From Candidatus Acidiferrum sp. (GTDB lineage: Bacteria > Verrucomicrobiota > Verrucomicrobiia > Limisphaerales > UBA11358): a DNA stretch of 64,000 nucleotides. The notes beneath the pieces were generated by a model. It saw only the letters and a program-made list of their open reading frames with translations. It was not told where the DNA came from and did not search any database. Both the position numbers and the translations under genes were made by a program. Numbering within the stretch: position 1 is the first letter of the stretch; every line of letters begins with the position of its first letter. The stretch is from positions 2,900 through 66,899 of the forward strand of contig DATJOW010000204.1 of the NCBI GenBank assembly GCA_035506715.1, given 5' to 3'. Shown piece after piece: positions 11,845-19,621 of this stretch.

Positions 11845-12159
11845 TCAGTGGGCGGGAGGCGCCCCCGCAACCCGTTTCAAGTAATCAAAGGCGTAAATAC
11901 CTGAGGAATGTCCGTCGGCCCACACTGGCTGGATGGCATATCCGCCCACCCGTTCGAGGCGCATCAGTTCAAAGGCTTTCGGGGTCAACGGCTGTTCCGG
12001 ATTGCGATACACGTTGCCCAGAATGTCCACCTCGCCCTTGCAGCCGGCACAGGGGCAGCTCCGCCGCAATTGCTCCAAGGGAATGAAATCCTCGCTGCCA
12101 TCGTCCCACTTGATGGCGAGCTCATTGCCGATTAGCTGGATGTCGGCCGGACGCATCAA
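11845..12159 (-). CDS. DUF971-family protein (gamma-butyrobetaine hydroxylase-like N-terminal domain)
   Basis: 104 aa. LAIKWDDGSEDFIPLEQLRRSCPCAGCKGE...YAIQPVWADGHSSGIYAFDYL matches the DUF971 pattern, including the Cys cluster. The start overlaps the mntR stop (ATGA). Confidence 0.7.
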   Translation of the reverse strand: MMRPADIQLIGNELAIKWDDGSEDFIPLEQLRRSCPCAGCKGEVDILGNVYRNPEQPLTPKAFELMRLERVGGYAIQPVWADGHSSGIYAFDYLKRVAGAPPAH

Positions 12160-12644
12160 CGCCTCACGAGTCGCCGCACGAATGCGGCCAGGGTTTCCGG
12201 ACTGACATGGTGTTCGATGCCTTCGGCATCAAGCTCCGCCGCCTTCTTGGAAACCCCGAGGGACCGCAAAAACGCCACGACCGTTTCATGCCGTCGCTTG
12301 GATTCCTCCGCCAGCCTGCGGCCGGCGTCAGTGAGAAAAATCGCGCGGTAAGGCCGGGTATGCACGTAGCCGGCCCGCTGCAGACGGCCCAGCGTGCGGT
12401 TGACGGTCACGTGCGTCACGCCGAGCCGCCGGGCCAGGTCCACGACCCTCGCTTCGCCCACGGCGGCCTTCAGGTCGGCAATGGCTTCGACGTAGTCCTG
12501 GGCGATCTCCCCGGCACGGTCGTGGCGCGACCGACGGAAATTCTCCGCGGCCTGCGCGGTGGCGCGCGCGGGCTCCACCGGCGGGCGGCCGATGCTGGGG
12601 CGGACAGAGGCAGGCATTATTTCCTCGATTAGAACATCGGCCAT
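12156..12644 (-). CDS. mntR: DtxR/MntR-family manganese-responsive transcriptional regulator
   Basis: Trimmed to MADVLIEE at 12644. DYVEAIADL...ARVVDLARRLGVTHVTVNRTLGRLQRAGYV...LTDAGRRLAEE..RRHE.V..FL is the DtxR-type HTH plus metal-site helix. It is divergent from an Nramp gene. Confidence 0.8.
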   Translation of the reverse strand: MADVLIEEIMPASVRPSIGRPPVEPARATAQAAENFRRSRHDRAGEIAQDYVEAIADLKAAVGEARVVDLARRLGVTHVTVNRTLGRLQRAGYVHTRPYRAIFLTDAGRRLAEESKRRHETVVAFLRSLGVSKKAAELDAEGIEHHVSPETLAAFVRRLVRR

Positions 12645-12663
12645 TTGGTAAGTCCAGATTAAA

Positions 12664-12683
12664 TTTGTAACCATGGCTACAAA
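12664..12683. promoter_or_regulatory. Putative MntR operator 1 (palindrome TTTGTAACCATGGCTACAAA)
   Basis: Near-perfect 20-bp palindrome, 20 nt upstream of the mntR ATG in the mntR/mntH divergent region. Its 16-nt core recurs at 12709..12724. Confidence 0.55.
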
Positions 12684-12707
12684 TTGATTGACAGCCCTGG
12701 CATTCAA

Positions 12708-12726
12708 GTGTAACCAAGGCTACAGT
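12708..12726. promoter_or_regulatory. Putative MntR operator 2 (GTGTAACCAAGGCTACAGT), overlapping a candidate mntH promoter
   Basis: The core TGTAACCAaGGCTACA differs from operator 1 only at the central base. A TTGACA (12688..12693) lies 17 nt upstream of TAACCA (12711..12716), so the box would cover the -10/TSS. It ends 2 nt before the mntH ATG, implying a very short leader. Confidence 0.5.
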
Positions 12727-12728
12727 AT

Positions 12729-14165
12729 ATGCCTACCGGCCAACAACTGTCCGACGAGGAGGATGGGGGGCGGGGCGCAGCCCAAACGGCCGCCATTTCG
12801 ATCCCCAACCACCCGTCGCTGGAGGAGGTGCATGCGACGGTCGCGGTCCCGCCGGCCCGGGCCGGGTTCTGGCCGCAATGGCGGGCCTTTGTCGGACCTG
12901 CCATCCTCGTGAGCGTGGGCTATATGGACCCCGGCAACTGGGGCACCGACCTGGCGGCTGGTGCGCAGTTCAAATACGGCCTGCTGTGGGTCGTCGGCCT
13001 CGCCAGCCTGATGGCCATCTTCATGCAAGTCCTTTCCGCCCGGCTGGGGGTGGTGACCGGGAAAGATCTCGCGCAATGCTGTCGCGACTGGTACCCGCGC
13101 TGGACGCGCTGGCCCAATTGGTTGTCCTGCGAATTAGCCATCGGCGCCTGCGACCTGGCGGAAGTGCTCGGCAGTGCCGTGGCGCTGAACCTCATGTTCC
13201 ATATCCCGTTGCTTTGGGCGGTCATCATTACCGGCCTGGACGTGATGCTGCTGTTGGCCCTGCAACGATTCGGGATGCGAACCATTGAGGCAATCGTGTT
13301 GTTGCTGGTGATGACCATCGGCGCTTGTTACTTCATCGAAATCTTTGTTCTGCCGCAAACCCGGCCCGATTTCCTGGAAATGGGGCGCGCCCTGGTGACC
13401 CCCGGGTTGGGCCAGGCCGGAATGATCTACGTGGCGGTCGGTATCGTGGGAGCAACGGTCATGCCCCACAACCTGTACCTCCACTCGGCCTTGGTCCAGA
13501 GCCGTAAATTGCAGAAGGATGAAGCATCCATCCGCAGCGCCATCCGGTTCAACGCGATTGATTCCATCGTCGCCTTGAGCGTCGCCTTTTTCGTCAATGC
13601 GGCCATCATGGTGCTGGCCGCGCTGGTGTTCTACGGCAAAACCAGCGTCACCGTGGCGGGCGGCGAGGTCGTCACGTTCCATGGCGACTCCGATTGGATT
13701 CGCATCGCCTACCTCACGCTGGCTCCGTTGCTGGGAACCGCTCTGGCGAGCACTTTGTTTGTGGTCGCCCTGCTGGCGAGCGGCCAAAGCAGCACGATCA
13801 CCGGCACCCTGGCCGGGCAGGTAGTGATGGAGGGATTCATGCAGTGGCGGATCAAACCTTGGTTGCGGCGGCTAATCACCCGTGCCCTGGCCATCGTGCC
13901 AGCAGTGATCATCATCGGGATCCGCGGTAACAGCAGTGTCAATGATTTGCTTACCTTGAGCCAGGTGGTACTGGCCTTGCAGCTTCCCTTGGCCATGTTT
14001 CCGCTTCTCCATTTCACCTGCTCCCGCAAATACATGGGCTCCTGGAAAGTCGGCGGATTTCTTTTGCTAGCCGGCTGGGGAAGCGCCATCCTGATCACGG
14101 CGATGGACCTCTGGGGACTGCCGGACTCGCTCAAAGAAGCCTGGCAGGTCATCATCGGCGGTTAA
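12729..14165 (+). CDS. mntH: Nramp-family divalent metal (Mn2+/Fe2+):proton symporter MntH
   Basis: 478 aa. The Nramp signature GPAILVSVGYMDPGNWGTDLAAGAQFKYGLLWV is present, with multiple TM segments and VMPHNLYLHSALVQSR. Confidence 0.92.
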   Translation: MPTGQQLSDEEDGGRGAAQTAAISIPNHPSLEEVHATVAVPPARAGFWPQWRAFVGPAILVSVGYMDPGNWGTDLAAGAQFKYGLLWVVGLASLMAIFMQVLSARLGVVTGKDLAQCCRDWYPRWTRWPNWLSCELAIGACDLAEVLGSAVALNLMFHIPLLWAVIITGLDVMLLLALQRFGMRTIEAIVLLLVMTIGACYFIEIFVLPQTRPDFLEMGRALVTPGLGQAGMIYVAVGIVGATVMPHNLYLHSALVQSRKLQKDEASIRSAIRFNAIDSIVALSVAFFVNAAIMVLAALVFYGKTSVTVAGGEVVTFHGDSDWIRIAYLTLAPLLGTALASTLFVVALLASGQSSTITGTLAGQVVMEGFMQWRIKPWLRRLITRALAIVPAVIIIGIRGNSSVNDLLTLSQVVLALQLPLAMFPLLHFTCSRKYMGSWKVGGFLLLAGWGSAILITAMDLWGLPDSLKEAWQVIIGG

Positions 14166-14181
14166 CCGCAGAGATCGGACC

Positions 14182-14598
14182 ATGTACAAAACCATCCTCG
14201 TGACGCTGGACAGTACCCCGACCGACCGGGCGATTATCGAACACGTCAAGCCTCTCGCGCAATGGGCCGCCAGCCGCGTCGTGCTGCTGCACGTGGCGGA
14301 CGGTTGGGCGGCGCGCACTTATGGCCGCGACGCGGTCAGCCGGGAAATTACCGACGATACGGCGTATCTGGACAAAGTCCGCGCTGAATTTCAATCCGCC
14401 GGGATACCCGCCGAAGCCGAGCTGGCCTACGGCGATCCGGTCAAGGAAATCGTCAAGTGGGTCAGGGAAAAAGGCTGCGATCTGGTGGCGATGAGCACGC
14501 ACGGACACCGTTTTTTGGCCGATCTGTTTCTCGGCACCACCGCCACCAAGGTGCAGCATCACGTCAGCGTGCCCGTGCTCCTCCTGCGGGCGAAGTAG
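14182..14598 (+). CDS. Universal stress protein (UspA family)
   Basis: 138 aa. MYKTILVTLDSTPTD...VVLLHV...DLVAMSTHGH...LGTTATKVQHHVSVPVLLL is the classic Usp fold pattern. Confidence 0.85.
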   Translation: MYKTILVTLDSTPTDRAIIEHVKPLAQWAASRVVLLHVADGWAARTYGRDAVSREITDDTAYLDKVRAEFQSAGIPAEAELAYGDPVKEIVKWVREKGCDLVAMSTHGHRFLADLFLGTTATKVQHHVSVPVLLLRAK

Positions 14599-14671
14599 AA
14601 AGATTTTCAGTCTTTAATATTGAATTTTAAGTTGAGGCGGCGACTCGGGCTCACCGCTGAAAACTTAAAAT

Positions 14672-15064
14672 TTACAGCTTGAAATCCTCCGGCCGCTCGA
14701 CCAGGTGCAACAGGTTGCCCTCGGCATCCGCGAAGAATAGAACCCGGCCGCCGCCGGCCGCCGGCCGGGGGGCTTCTTCGAATTTCACGCCCCGGCTTTC
14801 GAGTTCGGCTTTCGCGGCCTCCAGGGAATCCACCCGCAGGGCCACGTGCCGCCAGCCGGCCAGCTTGTTGTTGCTGCGGTCCGCCAGCGGCGCTTCGGCG
14901 GCGTAAATTTCCAGCCACCCGCCGCCCGGCAGCGCCAGCAGGCAGGTCGGCGGATTCTGGCCGTTGTTGAAAATCTCGCGGGCGCCCAATGTCCCGACAT
15001 ACCAATCCCGCAAGGCGGCGGGATGGGTGGCAGGAACGGCGATGTGTTCGAAGACAAAGTTCAT
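14672..15064 (-). CDS. VOC-family protein (glyoxalase/bleomycin-resistance/dioxygenase fold)
   Basis: 130 aa. HIAVPATHPAALRDWY...GWRHVALRVDSLEAAKAELESRGVKFEE...FFADAEGNLLHLVE fits the paired beta-alpha-beta-beta-beta module. Confidence 0.7.
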   Translation of the reverse strand: MNFVFEHIAVPATHPAALRDWYVGTLGAREIFNNGQNPPTCLLALPGGGWLEIYAAEAPLADRSNNKLAGWRHVALRVDSLEAAKAELESRGVKFEEAPRPAAGGGRVLFFADAEGNLLHLVERPEDFKL

Positions 15065-15246
15065 GGTCCGGCCGGCAGATTACACGCAGGGCCCGAATCG
15101 TTCAAAACCGAAATTCGTTCTCGTCGTCGTCCTCCTCCTCGACCTTGCGATTACGAGGATGGGGAGCGGGACCATCGGGTCGCCGCCCGCGACGGCATTT
15201 TCCAGTTCACTCATTGCGGGAAATGTGTACCCTGACCAAAGCAGGT

Positions 15247-15891
15247 ATGAATACCGAAGCCTTCCTCAAACAGCGCCTGATCTGCGTGGCTGTAATTGAC
15301 CGGCCGGACGACGCCGTGCCGCTGGCCGAAGCCCTGCTCGCTGGCGGCTTGAGCGTCATGGAAGTCACCTTCCGCACGAGCACCGCCGCCGACTCAATCG
15401 CGCGCATCCGCCAGAGTCTCCCGGCCGTCGCCATCGGCGCCGGCACGCTCCTGTCCGCCGAACAGGTGCAACGCGCCGTGGATGCCGGCGCGCAATTCGG
15501 CGTGTCGCCCGGGCTGAATGAATCTGTGCTCGCCAGCGCGCACAAAAGCAAAATCCCATTTTTCCCGGGAGTGATGACGCCAACGGAAGTCGGAAGAGCG
15601 CTGGATCTGGGCTGGAACCATTTGAAGTTTTTCCCGGCAGAAGCCGCCGGCGGCGTGGCCATGCTCAAGGCCTTGGCCGGCCCGTTTGCCCACACCGGCG
15701 TTCAATTTGTGCCCACCGGCGGCATCAATGCCGCGACCCTGCCGAATTATCTTGCCGTGCCGCAGGTGGCCGCCCTCGGCGGTTCCTGGATGGCCGAGCG
15801 CAAACTGGTCAACGAGAAGGCTTGGGCGAAAATCACCGCCCTGACTGCCGAGGCCATGAAGGTGATTGCGTCCGCGCCGGACCAAGGCTGA
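15247..15891 (+). CDS. eda: 2-dehydro-3-deoxy-phosphogluconate (KDPG) aldolase
   Basis: The track ORF is trimmed to MNTEAFLKQ at 15247. VIDRPDDAVPLAEALLAGGLSVMEVTFRT...GAGTLL...GVMTPTEV...LKFFPAEAAGG...PTGGI is the Eda pattern. Confidence 0.88.
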   Translation: MNTEAFLKQRLICVAVIDRPDDAVPLAEALLAGGLSVMEVTFRTSTAADSIARIRQSLPAVAIGAGTLLSAEQVQRAVDAGAQFGVSPGLNESVLASAHKSKIPFFPGVMTPTEVGRALDLGWNHLKFFPAEAAGGVAMLKALAGPFAHTGVQFVPTGGINAATLPNYLAVPQVAALGGSWMAERKLVNEKAWAKITALTAEAMKVIASAPDQG

Positions 15892-17130
15892 CTAATGCAC
15901 TCCGGGCAACTGCTGCAGTTCGACGCCGGCGAGAATGAACGGGCCGACCCCCTTCAGATCGTTGGTTACGATGGGTTCGCTGATGTAATAATCGAAGCTT
16001 CCGTCGCGGGCGCGGCCGTTACTCGGCGAACCACCTAGTCCGGCCACCGAACAACACTGGGTGAGCGACCACCTGCCGTTGCCGTCATCCCTGAGCAGCT
16101 TGGCAATGATGCCTTGGTAGCCCTTTTCAATCGCCGGCACATAGTCCCGGGGCAGATAACCGTGGTTGACTCCCTTGGCCAGGGCATAGACGAACATACT
16201 CGAGGCGGTTGCTTCCAAATAATCGCCCGGGCGATTCCCCTGATCCAGCACCTGGTACCAGAGGCCGGTTTTGGGGTCCTGCCATTTCACCACGCCTTTG
16301 GCCAACTTCTGGAAGGTCGCGATGATTTCCGGCCGGGCCGGATGATTCGTCGGGAAATAATCCAGCGTGTCCACCAGCGCCATGGCGTACCAGCCGACGG
16401 CCCGGCCCCAGAAATTGGACGAGGTGCCGGTGGCCTGGATTGCCCAAGGCTGCTTGCGACTCTCATCCCAGGCATGATAAAACAGGCCCGTCGCCGGGTC
16501 ATACGCGTGCGCGCTCATCAGCCGGATTTGTTTCGCCACATCATCGAAATCGGCCGTTGTCCCGTTGAATAATCTCGCGTACTCGGCGTAAAACGGCGCG
16601 CCCATGTACAGGCCGTCCAGCCACATCTGGTGCGGGTACCGCTGCTTGTGCCAGAACCCGCCATCGCCGGTGCGCGGCTGGGTGTCCAGTTGCCGGCGCA
16701 GCAGCGCCGCGGCTTTCTGGTAACGCTCCTCGTGCGTGATCTGCCAGAGCGCCAGCACCGTTTTGCCGGGATTAATGGCGTCGAGTTGGTATTCCTCGGG
16801 CTTGTAGCCTTGTATGTTGCCGTTGGTCGTGATGAAGGAGCCGACGGCAGCCTCGACGAACTTGAGGTAACGCGGATCATGCGCCTGCGCATCCAATCTG
16901 AGCAATGAAAATGTGAACAGTCCCACCGTGTAATCCCATTTGGCCTTGCCTTCGGGTTTCCAAACCAAGCTGTCACCGCGCCGCGCCATTTCTGAATCTG
17001 CCAGCCGGACCGACCATTGCAGTGGCGTGGCACCGTCAAACGTCCGGTTCGGGGCGGCGGGGGTGGTCCGGGTGGCGCAGGTCAGGGCCAGAAACATCAG
17101 CAAATGGGATCGAGCCGTTTTCTTGATCAT
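15892..17130 (-). CDS. Glycoside hydrolase family 105 (unsaturated rhamnogalacturonyl hydrolase, YteR/YesR-like)
   Basis: 412 aa with a signal peptide. WDYTVGLFTFSLL, QPRTGDGGFWHKQRYPHQMWLDGLYMGAPFYAEY and NFWGRAVGWYAMALVDTL are characteristic GH88/GH105 segments. Confidence 0.8.
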   Translation of the reverse strand: MIKKTARSHLLMFLALTCATRTTPAAPNRTFDGATPLQWSVRLADSEMARRGDSLVWKPEGKAKWDYTVGLFTFSLLRLDAQAHDPRYLKFVEAAVGSFITTNGNIQGYKPEEYQLDAINPGKTVLALWQITHEERYQKAAALLRRQLDTQPRTGDGGFWHKQRYPHQMWLDGLYMGAPFYAEYARLFNGTTADFDDVAKQIRLMSAHAYDPATGLFYHAWDESRKQPWAIQATGTSSNFWGRAVGWYAMALVDTLDYFPTNHPARPEIIATFQKLAKGVVKWQDPKTGLWYQVLDQGNRPGDYLEATASSMFVYALAKGVNHGYLPRDYVPAIEKGYQGIIAKLLRDDGNGRWSLTQCCSVAGLGGSPSNGRARDGSFDYYISEPIVTNDLKGVGPFILAGVELQQLPGVH

Positions 17131-17133
17131 GTC

Positions 17134-17916
17134 TCACCTTGCCAGCCAGCCACCGTCCACATTCATGATGGTGCCGTTCAGGTAATCGGCGTCCTTCGAG
17201 GCCAGAAACAGGATGGAGGCCGCGATGTCCTCCGGCTGGCCCCAGCGGCCTTCCGGGATGCGGTCGAGGATGGCCTGGTTGCGCTTGGGATCCTCGCGGA
17301 GCGGCCGGGTATTTTCCGTGGCGATGTAGCCGGGGGCGATGGCGTTGACGTTGACGCGATCCTTGGCCAGCTCGTTGGCAAATGCCTTGGTAATGCCGGC
17401 AATGCCGCTTTTGCTGGCGGTGTAGCCGGGCACCAGAATGCCGCCCTGGAACGAGAGCATGGAGGCGATGTTGACGATTTTCAGCCGCGCGTCCGCCGGG
17501 GATTTGTCGCGTCCGCCGCTCAGCCACCATTTGCAGACCGCCTGGCTCAGCAAAAACGGCGCCGTCAGGTTGATTTGAAGGGCGGCGTTCCAGTCGGCTT
17601 CGGGATGGTCCACCACCGGGGCGCGGCGGATGATGCCGGCGTTGTTCACGAGCACGTCCACGCGACCGGCGGCGCTGATGATTTTGGCGATGAGGTCGGC
17701 GGCGCCTTTCTGGGTGAGTTTGCCCAGGTCCTCGGTCAGCGTGGTGCAGTCGGCGCCGAGAGCTTTGGCCCGGGCAGCGGTGTCCGACTGGTCGCCGATG
17801 TCGATGCTGACGGCGTGAGCGCCTTCACGCGCAAAAGCCAGGGCAATGGCCTGGCCGATACCCCGGCTGGCGCCGGTGACAACGGCGACTTGGTTGGCAA
17901 AACGTTTGGTGCTCAT
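17134..17916 (-). CDS. kduD: 2-dehydro-3-deoxy-D-gluconate 5-dehydrogenase (SDR family)
   Basis: Trimmed to MSTKRF at 17916. TGASRGIG, NNAGI and the YTASK catalytic motif are present. It sits between kduI and GH105. Confidence 0.8.
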   Translation of the reverse strand: MSTKRFANQVAVVTGASRGIGQAIALAFAREGAHAVSIDIGDQSDTAARAKALGADCTTLTEDLGKLTQKGAADLIAKIISAAGRVDVLVNNAGIIRRAPVVDHPEADWNAALQINLTAPFLLSQAVCKWWLSGGRDKSPADARLKIVNIASMLSFQGGILVPGYTASKSGIAGITKAFANELAKDRVNVNAIAPGYIATENTRPLREDPKRNQAILDRIPEGRWGQPEDIAASILFLASKDADYLNGTIMNVDGGWLAR

Positions 17917-18001
17917 ATTGTTTTTTTGGTTTGGAAAGGCGAGTTCCACGAGCCCCATACTTCTTCTGTCAGGGCATCGCAGAGCTCCACCCTCCGAATA
18001 A

Positions 18002-18838
18002 TCATCGCAAATCCACCGGCTTCACCCCGTCCATGTCGTCAAACGTTTGGTTTTCGCCGGCCATCCCCCAGATGAATTTGTAGCTGCCGGTGCCGCACCC
18101 GCAGTGGATGGACCAGTTGGGCGAAAGGGCGACCTCCTCGTTGTGCAGGAACAGGTGCCGCGTCTGCTGGGGCTCCCCCAGGAAATGGACCAGCACGTTT
18201 TCGCCGAGGTCGAAGTAGAAATAAATCTCCGTCCGCCGCCAGTGCGTGTGCGGCGGAAAGGAGTTCCAGACGCTTCCTTCCGCCAGCGCGGTGAACCCCA
18301 TCACCAACTGGCAGCTGCGGATGCCGCCGGGGTGGATGTATTTATGGATGGTCCGCTGGTTCGCCGTGGCCGGAGCCCCGAGCGCCACCGGTGCGGCGTC
18401 CTTCGGCTTCATCATCGCGGCCGGCTGCGGCGCGTGTGCCGGACAGCTCAGGAAATAGAACTTCGCCGGGCTCTTCGCGTCGGCGCTCTCGAAGGCGACC
18501 GACTTCGTGCCCATCGGCAGATAAGCGCAATCCAGCCGGTCCAGGGAAAATGTCCGGCCGTCGGCGTGTACCGCCCCGGCCCCGCCCACGTTGATGGCGC
18601 CCAGTTCGCGGCTTTCGAGGAAGAACGCGCGGCCGGTTTCCTTGTGGTTGGGCAGCTCGACAGGTTTCGCGCCTGGCATGATTCCCCCAACCACCAGCCG
18701 GTCGAGGTCGGTGAACGTGCCGCGCAGCCCGCCCGGCGCGAACAGGTTGGTGATGTGAAAGGCATCACGTAACTCCTGGGTGTTCAGGCGTTGCGCGTCC
18801 TGGGGCCGTGGCATCCGCCGAATGATATTTTCGAACAT
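18002..18838 (-). CDS. kduI: 5-dehydro-4-deoxy-D-glucuronate isomerase
   Basis: Trimmed to MFENIIRR at 18838. The cupin core NSFPPHTHWRRTEIYFYFDL...HCGCGTGSYKFIWGMAGENQTFDDMD matches KduI. Confidence 0.88.
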   Translation of the reverse strand: MFENIIRRMPRPQDAQRLNTQELRDAFHITNLFAPGGLRGTFTDLDRLVVGGIMPGAKPVELPNHKETGRAFFLESRELGAINVGGAGAVHADGRTFSLDRLDCAYLPMGTKSVAFESADAKSPAKFYFLSCPAHAPQPAAMMKPKDAAPVALGAPATANQRTIHKYIHPGGIRSCQLVMGFTALAEGSVWNSFPPHTHWRRTEIYFYFDLGENVLVHFLGEPQQTRHLFLHNEEVALSPNWSIHCGCGTGSYKFIWGMAGENQTFDDMDGVKPVDLR

Positions 18839-18999
18839 GGCAACAGACGTAAGCGAAATTTGCCAAACAAGCAAAAAGAATCCACCTGCCTTGTCCCCGG
18901 GAGCGCTGGCCTCTCGCCGGCGCGTTACGCTTCGGCGGTCAGTCCCCGCTCGCCGGCAAGATGCCGGCGCTCCCAGGAAGAGGTCCTTGCCCGTCCCGA

Positions 19000-19374
19000 T
19001 TATGGCAGCACATGGGCCGGGGCTACCGTGGTTCCCAACGAGCAGGTCGGCGAAGCCCCCACGGCATTTTCACTGTAAGCGCCACCTGCCGGACAACCGG
19101 GGATGCTCCCCGCCCGGTTGAGCTTGATGTAGGGAGTCAGGTCGCTGGGATAATTGATGGCGTCGCCGCTTTTTCTGCCGTTCTCAAGCGCGAATTGACA
19201 GGCGCTGGCATCGATCTGGCTCAGATTGTGGATGCAGGCGTTGGCCTGGGCTTTGGCGCGGACATTCATGTAATTCGGGATGGCGATCGTTGCGAGCAGG
19301 CCGATGATGGCCACGACGATCATGATTTCCACCAGTGTAAAACCGGCCGGGGAAGGGGAGGCGGTTTTTCTCAT
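19000..19374 (-). CDS. Prepilin-type N-terminal cleavage/methylation domain protein (pseudopilin-like)
   Basis: Trimmed to MRKTASPSPAGFTLVEIMIVVAIIGLLATIAIPN at 19374 (G/FTLVE processing motif). The small globular part carries two Cys pairs. Confidence 0.8.
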   Translation of the reverse strand: MRKTASPSPAGFTLVEIMIVVAIIGLLATIAIPNYMNVRAKAQANACIHNLSQIDASACQFALENGRKSGDAINYPSDLTPYIKLNRAGSIPGCPAGGAYSENAVGASPTCSLGTTVAPAHVLP

Positions 19375-19621
19375 TGTGTACGTTCTTTCATTCAGCGGTG
19401 TGAACCCGGTGACGGGCGGGTTATGAGGATGACGTTCTGGTTCACGGATTGCCGGCCACCAACCGCTCATCCCATGAAACGCCGACAGCGAGCTTTGGTT
19501 CCGGCCCGGACGGAATTTTATAGGAGGCAAAAGCGGGGCCGGGCCGCTAGCGTGTCGATACCCATTGGGTCATCGTCACCAGTTCTGTGGATGGCAGGCC
19601 TTGAGGACTTGTTGTATCTTC

